IMG/VR virus record: IMGVR_UViG_3300025699_000004
Direction: 5' to 3' (one strand)
Origin: a virus
Length of the DNA: 64,000 bases
The position numbers were made by a program, and so were the translations under genes. Numbering within the stretch: the stretch's first letter is position 1; each line of letters begins with the position of its first letter. Below the pieces are notes generated by a model, which was not told the origin of the DNA, made no database searches, and was given only the letters and a program-made list of their open reading frames with translations. Below, piece by piece: positions 18,937 through 28,157 of the stretch.

Positions 18937-19913
18937 AATTTTAATATTTTATTGTAAAATTTTTGGGCCCAATCTAATGGATTGTAAAGTCTATCAAATT
19001 CTTTTTTTGCATTAGTTCCGATAAAGTTCCTGTAGTTTTTACAAGCTAATTCTCTTAACGCATTTAACCAACCATCTTTAGACATAGCAATATGCCCACA
19101 ATCAGGATTGCCTAATATGTGGAAATGACTTGGAGTTAAATCTGCGATAACAGGTATACCTAATTGATGAAACACAAAAGCTCTTCCTGCATTAGATTTG
19201 TTTTTAAATCGAATTGAATAATCTGTGTCATAAAGACCTAGATCTGTGGATGTTTGCAGGGTATTTCTTGGTAGGCTTGTGGCATTAGGGCAGAGACCTA
19301 TATCGCAAGACAATATATCTTCATAAATAGTTTTAACATTCCAACTCTTAAATAAAACTTTCACATCAGGCTTTCCATGTCGCCATTTAAAGTTGGAGTT
19401 TCCATGTATTGTTAAAAGTTCAATTTTCTGTTCTTTGGAAAACTCGTCGAGCGCTGATTTTAGAAAAGGCTCGAATTTCGATAAATGAGGGTAGTGGCCA
19501 TGAAAACATAGCCTTAAGACTTTTTTGTCTTGGTGGTCTTTTATTTTTTTATTTTGAAAAAGACTTTCGATCAAGGGGAATAAAATTACATTTTTATTAA
19601 TCGACAAGCTATCTTTTTCTTCTAAAGAACCTGCTATAATGAAGTCAGAATCATAAAGCCTGTTTCCTGGAGGGTTTATTAATCCAGCCTTCTTTCCTTG
19701 ATCTTTAATGATTTTTACTTTTGGATTGTTTGATTTGCCTAATATTACTATGTCATAATTTTGTATATCGGATGCTGAGCCTATTTTGCATTTTACTCCA
19801 AGCTCTGATAAATAAAAACTAAGATCTTTAATCCATATTCTATAAGATCCTGTATTAATTGAGGATGCACTTGGGATAAAAAGTATACTTGGATTATTCA
19901 TGTCTATATCCAA
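18933..19913 (-). CDS. Putative GT-B glycosyltransferase
   Basis: CDIGLCP...KSNAGRAFVFHQLGIPVIA...W..AL..L. Confidence 0.6.
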   Translation of the reverse strand: MDIDMNNPSILFIPSASSINTGSYRIWIKDLSFYLSELGVKCKIGSASDIQNYDIVILGKSNNPKVKIIKDQGKKAGLINPPGNRLYDSDFIIAGSLEEKDSLSINKNVILFPLIESLFQNKKIKDHQDKKVLRLCFHGHYPHLSKFEPFLKSALDEFSKEQKIELLTIHGNSNFKWRHGKPDVKVLFKSWNVKTIYEDILSCDIGLCPNATSLPRNTLQTSTDLGLYDTDYSIRFKNKSNAGRAFVFHQLGIPVIADLTPSHFHILGNPDCGHIAMSKDGWLNALRELACKNYRNFIGTNAKKEFDRLYNPLDWAQKFYNKILKL

Positions 19914-20464
19914 TCCAAATTAATGTTATTAATGTTCAGATCTTTTATTCTTTTTTTTAAAAGCTCCTCTTTTTCTTTAAGTTGAGGAATTTTTTTCGCA
20001 TGAATCTCTACTTTAATCGAATTAATTCGATCTACTAATTTAAGATCTATAAGTTTGTTGAGTATTTCGTACTCTACTCCCTCAACATCAATTTTTAAAA
20101 TATTAATTTCCCCCTCTAGGTTAGAGATGAAAGAGCTTAGGTCGATAGCTTCTACTTCAACAAACTTATCTCTTAAAACATTACCTTTGAAGTCTAGCAA
20201 AGAAGATCCAGTTGACCAATGAACTTCATTTTTATCTGAATTTTCATGCAGAAATAATTTTACTGTTTTTTTAACATCTAAAACGGCATTTTGATGACAA
20301 ATAACCTTTGGGTTAAATAAGAAACGGTTTTTAAGTTTTTCAAAGGCATAAGGGTTTGGCTCAAATGCATGAACCTCATCAGAAGAATCTAATAATTCTT
20401 CAGTTACATTCCCTACATTCGCTCCACAATCAATGTTTATAATTTTCACAACCCTTTTCTCCAC
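19904..20464 (-). CDS. FkbM-family methyltransferase
   Basis: IDCGANVG, VHAFEPNP, CHQNAV, ILKIDVEGVEYEIL, VEIH. Confidence 0.9.
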   Translation of the reverse strand: MEKRVVKIINIDCGANVGNVTEELLDSSDEVHAFEPNPYAFEKLKNRFLFNPKVICHQNAVLDVKKTVKLFLHENSDKNEVHWSTGSSLLDFKGNVLRDKFVEVEAIDLSSFISNLEGEINILKIDVEGVEYEILNKLIDLKLVDRINSIKVEIHAKKIPQLKEKEELLKKRIKDLNINNINLDWI

Positions 20465-21060
20465 GTCAGGTTTACTTCTTCGGGGTTATCCGTATCTAAT
20501 ATTTTAATTAATGTAAGGCCAAACCCATAAGGTAGCGTTAGTATTTCGTGTTTATAATTCTTGATGTTTGAATTAGAGATACCCCTCATCATTTCTGCCC
20601 CTAATGAAAGATGGTTAGTGTCATGCAATAATAATACCCCCCCTTTTTTGATATAAGGTAAAATGTTATTTATATCTTGAGTTACTACTTTACCTGTATG
20701 AGAGCCATCATGTAAAACTAAATCATAAGGAGGGTGATCAAAATCAGGAACTGTTTTAAGAGAATCCCCCTGTATGAACTGCCACTTTTCGTCTTGGCAA
20801 TTTAGCATTTCCTCAGAAAACCAAGATGCATTCTCACTCTTGTCTCTTTGCTCAAAATTGATTAAAGTCCCTTCCGTGAGTTTTAATGCTGTCCATATGC
20901 ATTGCGTGGAAAATCCACTGCCGAACTCAGCAACACTCTTAGCTTCCATTCCCAAAACTAAAGAATAAAGAAACATGTAATGTCTGCAAAAGCCTGTATT
21001 ATTTTTGTGTGTTTGATCGGTGATGAATTTTAAATCAGGAGGTGATATATTGTGATTCAT
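20446..21060 (-). CDS. Class I SAM methyltransferase (Methyltransf_24-like)
   Basis: AEFGSGFST, FIQGDS, DLVLHDGSH, GGVLLLHD. Confidence 0.85.
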   Translation of the reverse strand: MNHNISPPDLKFITDQTHKNNTGFCRHYMFLYSLVLGMEAKSVAEFGSGFSTQCIWTALKLTEGTLINFEQRDKSENASWFSEEMLNCQDEKWQFIQGDSLKTVPDFDHPPYDLVLHDGSHTGKVVTQDINNILPYIKKGGVLLLHDTNHLSLGAEMMRGISNSNIKNYKHEILTLPYGFGLTLIKILDTDNPEEVNLTWRKGL

Positions 21061-21063
21061 ATT

Positions 21064-21972
21064 TTATATAAATAAATTACTATATTGTAAAGATGTGTTG
21101 CTTATTTTCAAGTCTTTCCTCTCTTGTATCTTTGGAATGTTCAAGGTTTTTAACATACCCTCAACTATAATATTGGTATCTACTTTGGGAGGTTGGTATA
21201 AGTAAACCTCTTCTCCGATTTTATAGTCCTCTTCTAATTGTATTACTACTCCATCGTTTTTAACTAATTCTTTTGTTCCTCCATTGTGACTGCATAAAAC
21301 TGGCAGTCTGCTAGCTAAACCTTCTACGACTGTATTAGGACACCAGTCGAGCCAGGCTAAGTGAATCATGGCATCTGCCATTTGGTAGTATTTGGGCAAG
21401 TCGGAGTGAGGTATTCTTGGTAAGCAGAATACATTAGGCATGTCTACGTTTTTATACCCACCTAGTATAACTAAAGCTACATTTTTTAATCTTTTATCTT
21501 TAAATGCATTGATACATTCTTTTATTCTTTTGTGTCGCCTCCATTTTGAAGACGCTATAACTACTTTGTCAAAACCTTCAGGTCTTGTGGCTGAAATCGA
21601 CTCTTTAAAGAATGAAATGGGGGCTCCGTTATTTATAATATAGTTTTCTTTTTTTATTCCCGTAAATGCTTCGTAACATTCTCTGGAGAACTCAGACTGA
21701 AATACTATTTTGTCAAATCTCCGATAGCTTTTAAAAATTCTTTTGTTTAAGATCTCTGATTTGCCCTCTTTGCCTCCTGCATCTAAATACAAACCATCTA
21801 GCCTTAATATATTATTAGCTCCCTTTTTTGTTTTTCCGCTGATTATGCATACTCTATTATTGGAATTTTCATTAAATAAAAGTCCGTCTTTTTCCAGTTG
21901 CTCTTTTAATCTTAAACCGAATATAGTAGGACCATTTTCGCCTGAAGTTTTATCTATATAAAAATCCTTCAT
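21064..21972 (-). CDS. GT4-family glycosyltransferase
   Basis: WRRHKRIKE, ADAMIHLAWLDWCPNTVVEGLASRLPVLCSHNGGTKELV. Confidence 0.85.
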   Translation of the reverse strand: MKDFYIDKTSGENGPTIFGLRLKEQLEKDGLLFNENSNNRVCIISGKTKKGANNILRLDGLYLDAGGKEGKSEILNKRIFKSYRRFDKIVFQSEFSRECYEAFTGIKKENYIINNGAPISFFKESISATRPEGFDKVVIASSKWRRHKRIKECINAFKDKRLKNVALVILGGYKNVDMPNVFCLPRIPHSDLPKYYQMADAMIHLAWLDWCPNTVVEGLASRLPVLCSHNGGTKELVKNDGVVIQLEEDYKIGEEVYLYQPPKVDTNIIVEGMLKTLNIPKIQERKDLKISNTSLQYSNLFI

Positions 21973-22691
21973 TTTAAGTAACCCCTTGTTCTGATAAAGG
22001 ATTCATATTCTAATTGCTTTTGTCTGTACTCGCTCTCTTCCTTTATGTTCCCCCTGTATATATAGTGAACCTTGTTTAAGAATTTAGTTCGCCCCCCTCT
22101 CGAGATTACATTGTGTAAAATTGGAAGCATTAAGGCTTGGTCGTAGCAAGCCTCGAACCACTTCCCGTCACCGTTCTTGAAATTTTTTTTAGGTACAGAT
22201 TTATAATCAGACAATTTAAATGTTTTGAAATGACTAGTTACCCAAGGGTGTTTGTATACATCACAGTCTTTTGCTAGTGGGCCAGAATGGTTTAAGCCTA
22301 AACCTTCCCACTCGTTTGCGGTCCACACACAGTCGAAGCCTTTTTTGTATTCATTTATAATATTTGAAAAACAATTTTTTCCCCAGAGGTAGTCGTCGGA
22401 ATCCAATATTCCTATGATTGTTTCTTCTGAATCCTCTTCCGTGCGAACCAAATCATCTAAAACTCGACAAATATTAAAAAGCCCGAAGAGTCTTTTTCGT
22501 CTATGGTTTTCAACTAAAAATTTTGAACCTTTTACTTGTTCTAATTGTTTCCTAAAGCTATCTTCCACTACATCTTCGCAGAAGAAGACCTCATATTTCT
22601 CAGGAGCTAAGTCTTGTGTGTCTATGCTAGAAATTAAATTTCTAAAATTATCAGAATTATCTCCGTGACACGGAACAATTAGTTTAAGCAT
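21969..22691 (-). CDS. GT2-family glycosyltransferase
   Basis: LIVPCH, ILDSDDYL, ACYDQALMLP, FLNKVHYIY. Start placed at ATG 22691 (MLKLIVP); the track extends to 22766. Confidence 0.8.
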   Translation of the reverse strand: MLKLIVPCHGDNSDNFRNLISSIDTQDLAPEKYEVFFCEDVVEDSFRKQLEQVKGSKFLVENHRRKRLFGLFNICRVLDDLVRTEEDSEETIIGILDSDDYLWGKNCFSNIINEYKKGFDCVWTANEWEGLGLNHSGPLAKDCDVYKHPWVTSHFKTFKLSDYKSVPKKNFKNGDGKWFEACYDQALMLPILHNVISRGGRTKFLNKVHYIYRGNIKEESEYRQKQLEYESFIRTRGYLK

Positions 22692-23578
22692 CTTAGTTTT
22701 TCCCAAAAATATTTCGGTCGAGATTTTACGAAATCGAAAGCTTGGTCGTAGCTCCCGTTCCACCAATCTTCTTTCGTATGCTGAGACATTTCATTTGTTA
22801 TAACTTCCATCCCCATTAGTTTGGCTTCTATTGTTATTCTTGGGCAAGTATCATGTATGATCGGCATAGATATTAACCCTTTATAATTCGATAAAACATC
22901 AAGCATTTCTTTATGAGTGTCAGTTTTAATTAAGTCAAACTCCAGAGAATTGCATTTTGCATATTCAATACTTTCATTAATCCCTTTCGCTTTGCTGTGC
23001 CAGCCTCCTTGGCCATCGATGATCGCGTATCTTTCATTTTTATTTTTTTGTTTAAGCTTTCTGAAGAGTAATAAGTTTTCTTTGGAAAAACAAGAAGATA
23101 ATATTGATTGCTCATTTGTAAACTTACCCGTTATGTTTTTGTATCTCGATAAATCTTCGTTATGCATTAACATTTGTTGCTCAGACATGTAAAACGTGTG
23201 AAGAGATTGAGAATGAATTGATTCGTAAATCGATGCAAGGTCTTGGTTTTTGTCGCAATCACAAGAAACTCCTCCCAGTATTTGATGAGGTACCCTGCCT
23301 CTGTATTGACAATACCCATAATCAAATTCAATTTTAACAAAAGGCTTTTCTTTCATTATCAAATTCAAGACATCGATATTGTTTCGATCTAAATTCATTA
23401 TGTTTCCAAAAATAAATAAATCAAAAAGCCCAAATGCATCTTTGAGTTTTAAATCTCTAGTTGGAATGAAGTTTAACTTTTCTAAATTCGATTCGAATAT
23501 AGCTTCCAATGTTAATCTGGTTCCGCCGACTCCCGAAGCTGAATCGTCAACGACACAAATTTTTTGAAAATCGCGCAT
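22679..23578 (-). CDS. Putative GT-B glycosyltransferase
   Basis: VVDD...GVGGTRLT and PIIHDTCPRITIEAKLMG.EVITN; first gene of the glycan operon. Confidence 0.7.
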   Translation of the reverse strand: MRDFQKICVVDDSASGVGGTRLTLEAIFESNLEKLNFIPTRDLKLKDAFGLFDLFIFGNIMNLDRNNIDVLNLIMKEKPFVKIEFDYGYCQYRGRVPHQILGGVSCDCDKNQDLASIYESIHSQSLHTFYMSEQQMLMHNEDLSRYKNITGKFTNEQSILSSCFSKENLLLFRKLKQKNKNERYAIIDGQGGWHSKAKGINESIEYAKCNSLEFDLIKTDTHKEMLDVLSNYKGLISMPIIHDTCPRITIEAKLMGMEVITNEMSQHTKEDWWNGSYDQAFDFVKSRPKYFWEKLRCLN

Positions 23579-23624
23579 ATATTATATATTATATTATAAA
23601 GGATTATTATTGTAGATAGAATCT

Positions 23625-23652
23625 ATTATACAAATATAATTCTTATTATCAA
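23625..23652 (-). promoter_or_regulatory. Possible sigma70-like promoter for the glycan operon
   Basis: TTGATA-N16-TATAAT on the minus strand. The region is very AT-rich, so a chance match is possible. Confidence 0.4.
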
Positions 23653-23674
23653 TAAAATAAATTATAAAATATCC

Positions 23675-23703
23675 TTGATTTTTTGATCAAGCCATGTTAT
23701 AAT
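23675..23703 (+). promoter_or_regulatory. Sigma70-like promoter for the dut operon
   Basis: TTGATT-N17-TATAAT with TGn extended -10, 8 nt before ATG 23712. Confidence 0.65.
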
Positions 23704-23711
23704 CCAAACTG

Positions 23712-24029
23712 ATGACCGAAGAAACCGAAAACGATAAAAGCATTTTTTTTGTATCCTGCGCCAATTGGTCAACGATAATTAATGCCGATGACAAAAACGA
23801 AGCTAGTGCTTTAGCGATAGAACAAGCAAGCTCTAAGTATGGAAAAGAATTGTGCTTAGCTCCAACCATAGGAGTTATGGATGTTAAGTCTGCGTATGAA
23901 GAGGTTGATGCTGTAAACAACATTCACTTTATGTTTACCCCAACTGTTTTAGCAAACGCTGGAATGTTAGACTTGGCCGCAAAATATTCTAAAGTTATTG
24001 GCTTAATGAAGGGTGACGATGAATCTTAA
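23712..24029 (+). CDS. Hypothetical protein
   Basis: 105-aa ORF, first gene after a sigma70-like promoter. Confidence 0.75.
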   Translation: MTEETENDKSIFFVSCANWSTIINADDKNEASALAIEQASSKYGKELCLAPTIGVMDVKSAYEEVDAVNNIHFMFTPTVLANAGMLDLAAKYSKVIGLMKGDDES

Positions 24030-24555
24030 GGTTAATAACAAAAACATTCCGAGGCATTCGAAAGGAGAAATAAAGCTTCCCGAAAATAAAGGGGATGCTG
24101 GTTACGATCTGATATCTTCTAGTGCCCCAAAAGTAGTCGGAGAAATTTACCAAGGTTATCTTTTTAAGAATATTTCCTACATAGAGTACGAGACGAATAT
24201 CTCAATAGAGCCTAACTCTGACGAATTTGAAGATTATGATTTCTTTTCCTACTTGTTTCCGAGATCAAGCATTAGTAAATACAATCTATCTCTATGTAAC
24301 TCAGTTGGGGTTATCGATTCTGGTTACAGAGGAACAATAAAAGTTAGATTTAATTACTTAATCCAGCCAGAAAACATTTCTATTGTAGATGGCAAACATT
24401 TGCTTACAAGTATTGATAAGTCTAAAATTTATCAAAAGGGAGATAAGATTTGTCAATTAATTTTTTCAAGACATATTCACCCAAAAATATTTATGACAAA
24501 AAAGACAAATCAAACAAAAAGAAACAAAGGCGGTTTTGGGAGCACAGGTAAATGA
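24013..24555 (+). CDS. dut: Trimeric dUTPase
   Basis: GDAGYDL, PRSSIS, GVIDSGYRG, KICQLIF, RNKGGFGSTG. Confidence 0.93.
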   Translation: MTMNLKVNNKNIPRHSKGEIKLPENKGDAGYDLISSSAPKVVGEIYQGYLFKNISYIEYETNISIEPNSDEFEDYDFFSYLFPRSSISKYNLSLCNSVGVIDSGYRGTIKVRFNYLIQPENISIVDGKHLLTSIDKSKIYQKGDKICQLIFSRHIHPKIFMTKKTNQTKRNKGGFGSTGK

Positions 24556-25097
24556 TTATAGGTTTAAGTGGATTAGCTAGATGCGGCAAAGACAGTTTTT
24601 TTAACTTCTCAAAAGAACTTTTTGACGAAAAGCACATAGAATGCAAAAGGCTAGCCTTTGCAGACGAATTGAAAAAAGAATTAGATTCTTTCTTGATGGA
24701 TAATTTCGGAATCAGCAGTTTCTCGGAATGCACGGAAGAAAAAGAAATCATTAGGCCAATCATGGTTTCGTATGGCATGGCAAAAAGGGAGTTAAGTAAT
24801 GGCCTTTATTGGATCTCTAAAATAGAAAAGGAATTAAGAGTTCTCAAGGATGAATGTGAATATTATTTCATAACTGACGTCAGATTTCCAAATGAAATAC
24901 AAAAGATAAAAGATATGAACGGAATTTCTATACATATAACTAGAGAGTTAAATCTACCTCCAAACGAAGAGGAGGCATTAAACGATCCTATCGTCAAGGA
25001 ATTGTCGGATTTTAATTTTTACTGGGAGAATTTTGATAATATCGAAAGTAAGAAACCGAAACAACTAGTTGATCAATTCTTAAAAAAAATATTATGA
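24552..25097 (+). CDS. Phage deoxynucleoside monophosphate kinase
   Basis: IIGLSGLARCGKDS P-loop, LAFADELK, ITDVRFPNE. Confidence 0.88.
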   Translation: MIIGLSGLARCGKDSFFNFSKELFDEKHIECKRLAFADELKKELDSFLMDNFGISSFSECTEEKEIIRPIMVSYGMAKRELSNGLYWISKIEKELRVLKDECEYYFITDVRFPNEIQKIKDMNGISIHITRELNLPPNEEEALNDPIVKELSDFNFYWENFDNIESKKPKQLVDQFLKKIL

Positions 25098-25714
25098 AAG
25101 AAGATTTAGAACTCGTTAAGAATTTAAAAAACAGGATAAATCCTAGCGTGAGTTTGGATGAGTTGCATAAATTGCACACAGGAATTTTTTACAAAATATT
25201 ACATCAATACATTCCTGATAACTCTCCTCCATTAATAATGGATATAAAAAAAGAAATCATAAATGAAATTAAGTATCATATTTATATCGCTGCTTTAGAT
25301 TTCGATTTCAGCAAAAATGTAAAATTTTCAACTTATTTAGGGAACAGGGTTAGATGGATGTGTTTAAATAAAATTAATAAATTAAAATCAACCCCCGAAG
25401 TTGCCGTGTCTTTTATAAATAACTTGGGATTGAAAGAGGATTCTCAAGAAAGTTTGCATGGATTAAATTTCAACCACTCTTTAAATTCTGACTTCTCAAA
25501 AAGAGAATACTTTGAAGAGATTTTTAATTCTATATTTAAGCAAAAAGATAAAAGAGTTAAAAGAATATTTAACATGAGGTACAAACAAGGAAAGAGTAAT
25601 AAATTAACTCCATGGAAAAATATAAGTAAAAAAATGAACTTAAGCATACAGGGTTGTATAAATATACACAACTCATTTTTAAAAAAAATAAAACACGAAA
25701 AATATGATAAATAA
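25094..25714 (+). CDS. Sigma70-like RNA polymerase sigma factor
   Basis: Region-2-like FDFSKNVKFSTYLGNRVRW and region-4-like HTH RVKRIFNMRY...TPWKNISKKMNLSIQGCINIH. Confidence 0.7.
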   Translation: MKEDLELVKNLKNRINPSVSLDELHKLHTGIFYKILHQYIPDNSPPLIMDIKKEIINEIKYHIYIAALDFDFSKNVKFSTYLGNRVRWMCLNKINKLKSTPEVAVSFINNLGLKEDSQESLHGLNFNHSLNSDFSKREYFEEIFNSIFKQKDKRVKRIFNMRYKQGKSNKLTPWKNISKKMNLSIQGCINIHNSFLKKIKHEKYDK

Positions 25715-26132
25715 ATACATCTGCATGGGGTATATGTCCTCAGATCCAGAATTAAAAACTTTCAATTCTGGGAAAGCTAAATGCACCTTCTCTATGGGAA
25801 TGAACTCTGGGAAAGAAACCACTTGGGTCGATATCGAGTGCTGGGACAAGATAGCGGCTAATTGTTCAAAAATCCTAAAGAAAGGGTCTTTGGTTTTCAT
25901 AGAAGGTAAATTGAAATACCTTTCCTGGAAAGATAAAAACGGCCACTCTAAAAATAAAATTATTTGCTGTGCAGAATTCGTTAAAGCTATAAATGTAAAG
26001 AATGACGGGGAGAAAAAGCAATTCATTTCCGAAACAGAGATAAATGAAATTACAAAAAAATCGGAGCAGCCTTCTAAAGAATTTCAAAAAGATATTGAAA
26101 TGCAAGAAGATTTAGATAACATACCTTGGTAA
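25704..26132 (+). CDS. ssb: Single-stranded DNA-binding protein
   Basis: GYMSSDPELK, TTWVDIECW, KKGSLVFIEGKL, acidic tail DLDNIPW. Confidence 0.9.
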   Translation: MINKYICMGYMSSDPELKTFNSGKAKCTFSMGMNSGKETTWVDIECWDKIAANCSKILKKGSLVFIEGKLKYLSWKDKNGHSKNKIICCAEFVKAINVKNDGEKKQFISETEINEITKKSEQPSKEFQKDIEMQEDLDNIPW

Positions 26133-27223
26133 CAATGAAAAAAATAATATTAAAAGCGGCCTTCAATAGTTTGTCTTTCGGCAATGTTTCATACAATATT
26201 GCAAGAGAATTATACAAAAAAGAAATTAGTGCATCTATATTTCCTATATCAAATAACTTCGATTTTTCGGCATTTGATAAAATGGATAATGATTTTAAAT
26301 CCTGGATTGAATCCTCCACTAACTCTAGACTGACAAGTATTAAAAAAGACACTCCTTGTCTGACTATTTGGCATATCAATGGTAGCGAAGAGTCTATAGG
26401 TTCAAGGAACACTCTCTATTCTTTTTATGAACTAGATAGCCCGACCTTAACGGAGAAAAACCTAGTTGACATGCAGGAGAATACGATCTTCAGCAGCTCT
26501 TCAGCCAAAGAATCTTTTGAGTTAGTCGGTTGTGAAAATGTCCATAACGTTCCCTTGGGTTTTGATTGCGATCTTTTTGAGACCAATAAAGAATACCTAA
26601 AAGATAAAATTCATTATGGTATCATGGGAAAATGGGAGAAAAGGAAACATACAGGTAAAATAATAAAGGCTTGGGCAAAAAAATACGGAAATAATTCAGA
26701 CTATCATCTTACATGTTGTGTTATAAATCCTTTCTTTAAGCCAGAGCAAATGAATCAAATAGTTTCTCAGACACTTGAAGGCAAGCAGTATTCAAACATT
26801 ACTTTCCTTAATAGGCTCGCTACCAACTCAGAAGTGAATGAGTATTACAATGCTATAGATTTTGACTTAAGTGGGTTAAGTGGGGCTGAAGGATGGAACC
26901 TTCCCGCCTTTAACTCTACCTGCTTAGGTAAGTGGAGCTTCGTCCTTAATTCCTCTTCTCATAAAGATTGGGCAAATAGTTCGAACTCGATCTTAATAGA
27001 GCCCTCTGCGACAGAATCTTCTGAAGATGGAGTTTTCTTCAAATCTGGCATTCCATTCAATCAAGGCGAAATATCTTGTTTTGATACTGACGAATTAATA
27101 TCCAAAATGGAACAGGCTGAGAAAAAATATTCCGAAAAGAACTTGGAGGGTGTAAAATTAAAAGAAGTATTCTCTTACGAAAACACTTTGAATTCGATAC
27201 TAAAGATAATGGAAAATGCCTAA
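26126..27223 (+). CDS. GT4-like glycosyltransferase
   Basis: VPLGFD, GKWEKRK, EGWNLPAFNSTCLGK. Confidence 0.75.
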   Translation: MVTMKKIILKAAFNSLSFGNVSYNIARELYKKEISASIFPISNNFDFSAFDKMDNDFKSWIESSTNSRLTSIKKDTPCLTIWHINGSEESIGSRNTLYSFYELDSPTLTEKNLVDMQENTIFSSSSAKESFELVGCENVHNVPLGFDCDLFETNKEYLKDKIHYGIMGKWEKRKHTGKIIKAWAKKYGNNSDYHLTCCVINPFFKPEQMNQIVSQTLEGKQYSNITFLNRLATNSEVNEYYNAIDFDLSGLSGAEGWNLPAFNSTCLGKWSFVLNSSSHKDWANSSNSILIEPSATESSEDGVFFKSGIPFNQGEISCFDTDELISKMEQAEKKYSEKNLEGVKLKEVFSYENTLNSILKIMENA

Positions 27224-27608
27224 TTATATTTTTAAACACCCAAGTAAAGAAGAGCATGTAGAAGTATTTTTCCACATGAATGATAAAAAAATCTACAAAG
27301 ATAAAGATGGGGTTGAATGGAATAGGGTTTTTACATCATCTCAACTCCAGACAACTAGTCAATTTAATGAATGGGACAGTAAAAGTTTCGCCGAAAAAAC
27401 AGGAAAAATGAAAGGCAGTTATGGAGACTTACTAGATGCTAGCGCGGAAATGTCTTCAGCAAGGGCCGAAAAAAATGGAGGCATAGACCCTATAAAAGAA
27501 AAAGCTTATAAAAAATACTCTAAAGAAAGAGGAGGAGTTCTTCACCCACAGCAAAAAAAAGAACAATTCAATAGAAAAATGAAAGACAAAGGAATCTCAA
27601 TAGAATGA
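27216..27608 (+). CDS. FmdB-like protein lacking the Zn-ribbon cysteines
   Basis: N-terminal MPNYIFKHP...VEVFFHM resembles FmdB starts but has no CxxC. Confidence 0.5.
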   Translation: MPNYIFKHPSKEEHVEVFFHMNDKKIYKDKDGVEWNRVFTSSQLQTTSQFNEWDSKSFAEKTGKMKGSYGDLLDASAEMSSARAEKNGGIDPIKEKAYKKYSKERGGVLHPQQKKEQFNRKMKDKGISIE

Positions 27609-27817
27609 ATGAAAAAGAAAGAATTCAAATAATTGAAGGCTTTCATGCTCATGAATTTGATTGCAAGAATTATCCTTGGTTCAAAGAGTGCGAGGAAATG
27701 AAGACTAACTTCTACAATGATTATAATAAAAAAGGAGGATGTACTCCATGCAGAAGAAGAGGGGTTTTAAAAAAACACAAATCTTATTTTGCTTTTGCTA
27801 TAAAAAAATATGAATGA
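27605..27817 (+). CDS. Small Cys-containing hypothetical protein
   Basis: 70 aa with four Cys, including GGCTPC; coupled overlaps on both sides. Confidence 0.7.
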   Translation: MNEKERIQIIEGFHAHEFDCKNYPWFKECEEMKTNFYNDYNKKGGCTPCRRRGVLKKHKSYFAFAIKKYE

Positions 27818-28157
27818 TCTAATCTTATTGTATTTTTTAGGCGCCGCAATTGTTTCTAATATCATTTTGATATGGATGGAGACTAATTTGCCTGTTCATT
27901 TTTATGATATTAAAAATGCATTTAATAAACAAAAAAAGCCAATTTACACTAGGGATGATTGGGAGTCTCATGTGATGTTAAGATGCGGTTATTTAGGAGA
28001 ACTAATAACATGCCCCCTGTGTCTAGCCACGCATTTATCCTGGGTGACTGGCCTGATCATATATTTAGTATCAAACTGCTCTCCTTGGTTTATATTGTGC
28101 GGAGCTTTTTCTTGGCCTATTTTTTCTTATTTTTTATATAAAAAAATTTTAGATTAG
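27810..28157 (+). CDS. DUF1360-like membrane protein
   Basis: Hydrophobic segments flanking GELITCPLCLATHLSW. Confidence 0.6.
   Translation: MNDLILLYFLGAAIVSNIILIWMETNLPVHFYDIKNAFNKQKKPIYTRDDWESHVMLRCGYLGELITCPLCLATHLSWVTGLIIYLVSNCSPWFILCGAFSWPIFSYFLYKKILD

Noticed and set aside
8390-23578. Interpretation as a bacterial O-antigen locus with an adjacent prophage
   Set aside because: There are no export, polymerase or housekeeping genes and no integrase or att site, and it is flanked by phage-type dNMP kinase, sigma-like and tail genes with uniform gene packing. Misassembly cannot be excluded without reads.
23580-23670. AT-only stretch as a possible replication origin
   Set aside because: It is explained by two divergent sigma70-like promoters; no iterons or DnaA boxes were seen.
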